From assembly GCA_028275385.1 (NCBI GenBank), contig JAPWUR010000003.1, positions 1 through 36,989 on the forward strand: a stretch of 36,989 bases of DNA, written 5' to 3'. Source of the DNA: Candidatus Bathyarchaeota archaeon. Lineage in GTDB: Archaea > Thermoproteota > Bathyarchaeia > 40CM-2-53-6 > CALIRQ01. Shown piece after piece: positions 35,466 through 36,989 of the stretch; positions within the stretch are counted from its first letter, which is position 1; the number at the start of each line of letters is the position of its first letter. The notes beneath the pieces are model-generated. The model worked only from the letters and a program-made list of their open reading frames with translations, was not told where the DNA came from and made no database searches. The translations under genes and the position numbers were made by a program.

Positions 35466-36623
35466 CTACTTGGTCCTTATCTCGACCACGTCCCCGTCCA
35501 TCAAAACGTGGGATGGCCCGACCCTTTCGCCGGGATATTTGCTGGATGGCCCCCAGACCCTCGCGTATTTATAATTCTCCAAGAGCGAGGAGTGGATCCT
35601 CCTGGCTAAATCCGCCACCCTGGATCCGGCCTTAAGGATGAAGGGCTCCCCGCTCGGCTCCCTCTCGTTCGGCTCCTTAGTATAGACCCTTATTATGCCC
35701 AATGCCCGGAGCAACCCCGGCCCTATGAAGCCGAGGCCCTCCCCAGTTAGGGCGGAGACCCTGATTATCGGGATCGCGCCCCCGGCCGCCTCTTCGAGCC
35801 TGGCCAGCCCCTCCTGGCCCCGCACCAGGTCGGATTTATTGGCCAGCACGAGGCACGGCTTGTAGGTCTTCCTGGTCCGCAGGAGGGCATCCTCGATGTC
35901 CCCGAGGCTCGCATCCCCACGGATCCTGACCACCAAATCCCTCAGGCCCAACCCGAGGACCATCCTCTTCACGTCATCGATCGTGCAGCCCAATAACCTA
36001 CCCGAGACGAAGACCCTAGGCTCCCCGATCCCCTTGGCCCTTTCGATCTCTATCTCGGACCTCGGGGGGATCGGGGTTATCCCGGCCCTCTCTAGCTCCT
36101 CCAACATCCATCTCAGGTCCTCGGCGGCCCCCCTGCTGAGGTCGACCATTAGGATCAATCCATCGGCCCTCCTGATCATATCGATCGCCCCCGGCTCCAG
36201 TCCGCCTTCGGAGAGCGCGGGCATCTCGACCAGCTGGAACCTTATGTCCTCGAACCGCATGACCCCTGGCGTGGGGGATCTGGTCGTGAAGGGATGCGAT
36301 GCTATCTCGGGCCTCGCGTTCGTGAGGGCCGATAGGAGGAGGCTCTTCCCGACGTTCGTCGGCCCTATGATCAATACCTGGGCAGCCCCCTCCTTCTCCA
36401 AAAGCGGCTTGCTGGAAGACCTCCTCTTCCGCTCCCTCTCCTCCAGCTCCGCTCTGAGGGTGGCTATCTTCCTCTTAACCTGATCCCTGAGCCTCTCGTT
36501 GCCCTTATGCTTCGGTATGGCCGATAGGAACTCCTGGAGCGCCTTGATCTTCTCCTCCGGGTCCTTTATTGCTATGGCCTTCTCCCACTTCGCCTTGGCC
36601 TCGGCGGTAAGGTTTGCCGGCAT
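35466..36623 (-). CDS. DRG/OBG-family GTPase with a TGS domain
   Basis: IPKHKG, G1 GPTNVGKS, G2 PFTT, G4 NKSD, G5 SA, IRVYTK and ARVWG..L.DGDVVEI. Confidence 0.92.
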   Translation of the reverse strand: MPANLTAEAKAKWEKAIAIKDPEEKIKALQEFLSAIPKHKGNERLRDQVKRKIATLRAELEERERKRRSSSKPLLEKEGAAQVLIIGPTNVGKSLLLSALTNARPEIASHPFTTRSPTPGVMRFEDIRFQLVEMPALSEGGLEPGAIDMIRRADGLILMVDLSRGAAEDLRWMLEELERAGITPIPPRSEIEIERAKGIGEPRVFVSGRLLGCTIDDVKRMVLGLGLRDLVVRIRGDASLGDIEDALLRTRKTYKPCLVLANKSDLVRGQEGLARLEEAAGGAIPIIRVSALTGEGLGFIGPGLLRALGIIRVYTKEPNEREPSGEPFILKAGSRVADLARRIHSSLLENYKYARVWGPSSKYPGERVGPSHVLMDGDVVEIRTK

Positions 36624-36810
36624 CCCCAGGGGTCCCCCAATGAATTTTGGGAGGGGGCTTTTATCCCTGCCTCCCTAGGGGGCCGCCAACAAGCCGATAT
36701 TAAGGATCGCGAGCGAAATTGGGCCGGCTTGAATCCCCGGAGTTCAACGCTGGCCTGGGGTCCCTCCCATTCGCGACCCCTTAAAGCCTCCAAAGGGAAT
36801 TGCCATTGGC

Positions 36811-36989
36811 TCAACGGCCGGCCCCGAGGGCCTCCTCCCTCTCCCGACAGCCCCTTAAGTAGCCCTCGGCGGCCGCCGCCAGGAAATTCGTCACGCCCGT
36901 GCAAAGATATTGGAAGCCGAGCCTGCGCCAGCGCTCGTAGGCGGCCGGGTCCCTGGCTATGGTCCCAGCGGCCTTCCCGGCGGCGATCG
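36811..36989 (-). CDS. C-terminal fragment of an HpcH/HpaI aldolase/citrate-lyase family protein; 5' part lies outside the window
   Basis: Manual translation ..IAAGKAAGTIARDPAAYERWRRLGFQYLCTGVTNFLAAAAEGYL.. resembles the GKAAG..GF C-terminus of HpcH aldolases. Confidence 0.65.
   Translation of the reverse strand, partial: IAAGKAAGTIARDPAAYERWRRLGFQYLCTGVTNFLAAAAEGYLRGCREREEALGAGR

Overview
High-GC archaeal chromosomal window, probably TACK/Bathyarchaeia-like. The evidence is TATA-box promoters, a thermosome subunit, deoxyhypusine synthase, PINA and an intron-containing tRNA. It carries mostly housekeeping and metabolic genes: partial ogt, DHS, several Ig-like or beta-propeller surface proteins, a GlcD/GlcF-type dehydrogenase pair, an nth / stand-alone LigD-phosphoesterase / family-4 UDG repair cluster, rpiA, a three-intron tRNA-Met(CAT), pgk, a beta-hydroxyacid dehydrogenase, PINA, cimA, thermosome, an AbrB-ACT regulator divergent from a his operon (hisZ-G-D-HAD-B-H-A-F-IE, no hisC), a coiled-coil/wHTH + MinD/ParA pair, an SSS transporter with a 34-aa partner, larA + DASS transporter, a cupin, a DRG-type GTPase and a partial HpcH aldolase. 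I saw no mobile element or CRISPR array. The most striking unannotated signal is a 21-codon Phe-rich leader ORF (..FGSAFFFFR*) upstream of the SSS transporter operon. It sits in mutually exclusive 1:2 / 3:4 versus 2:3 helices that can hide the downstream SD and AUG, which makes it a candidate phenylalanine-sensing ribosome-dependent attenuator in an archaeon. All calls come from motif recognition and base-pairing done by eye; no searches or folding programs were run.
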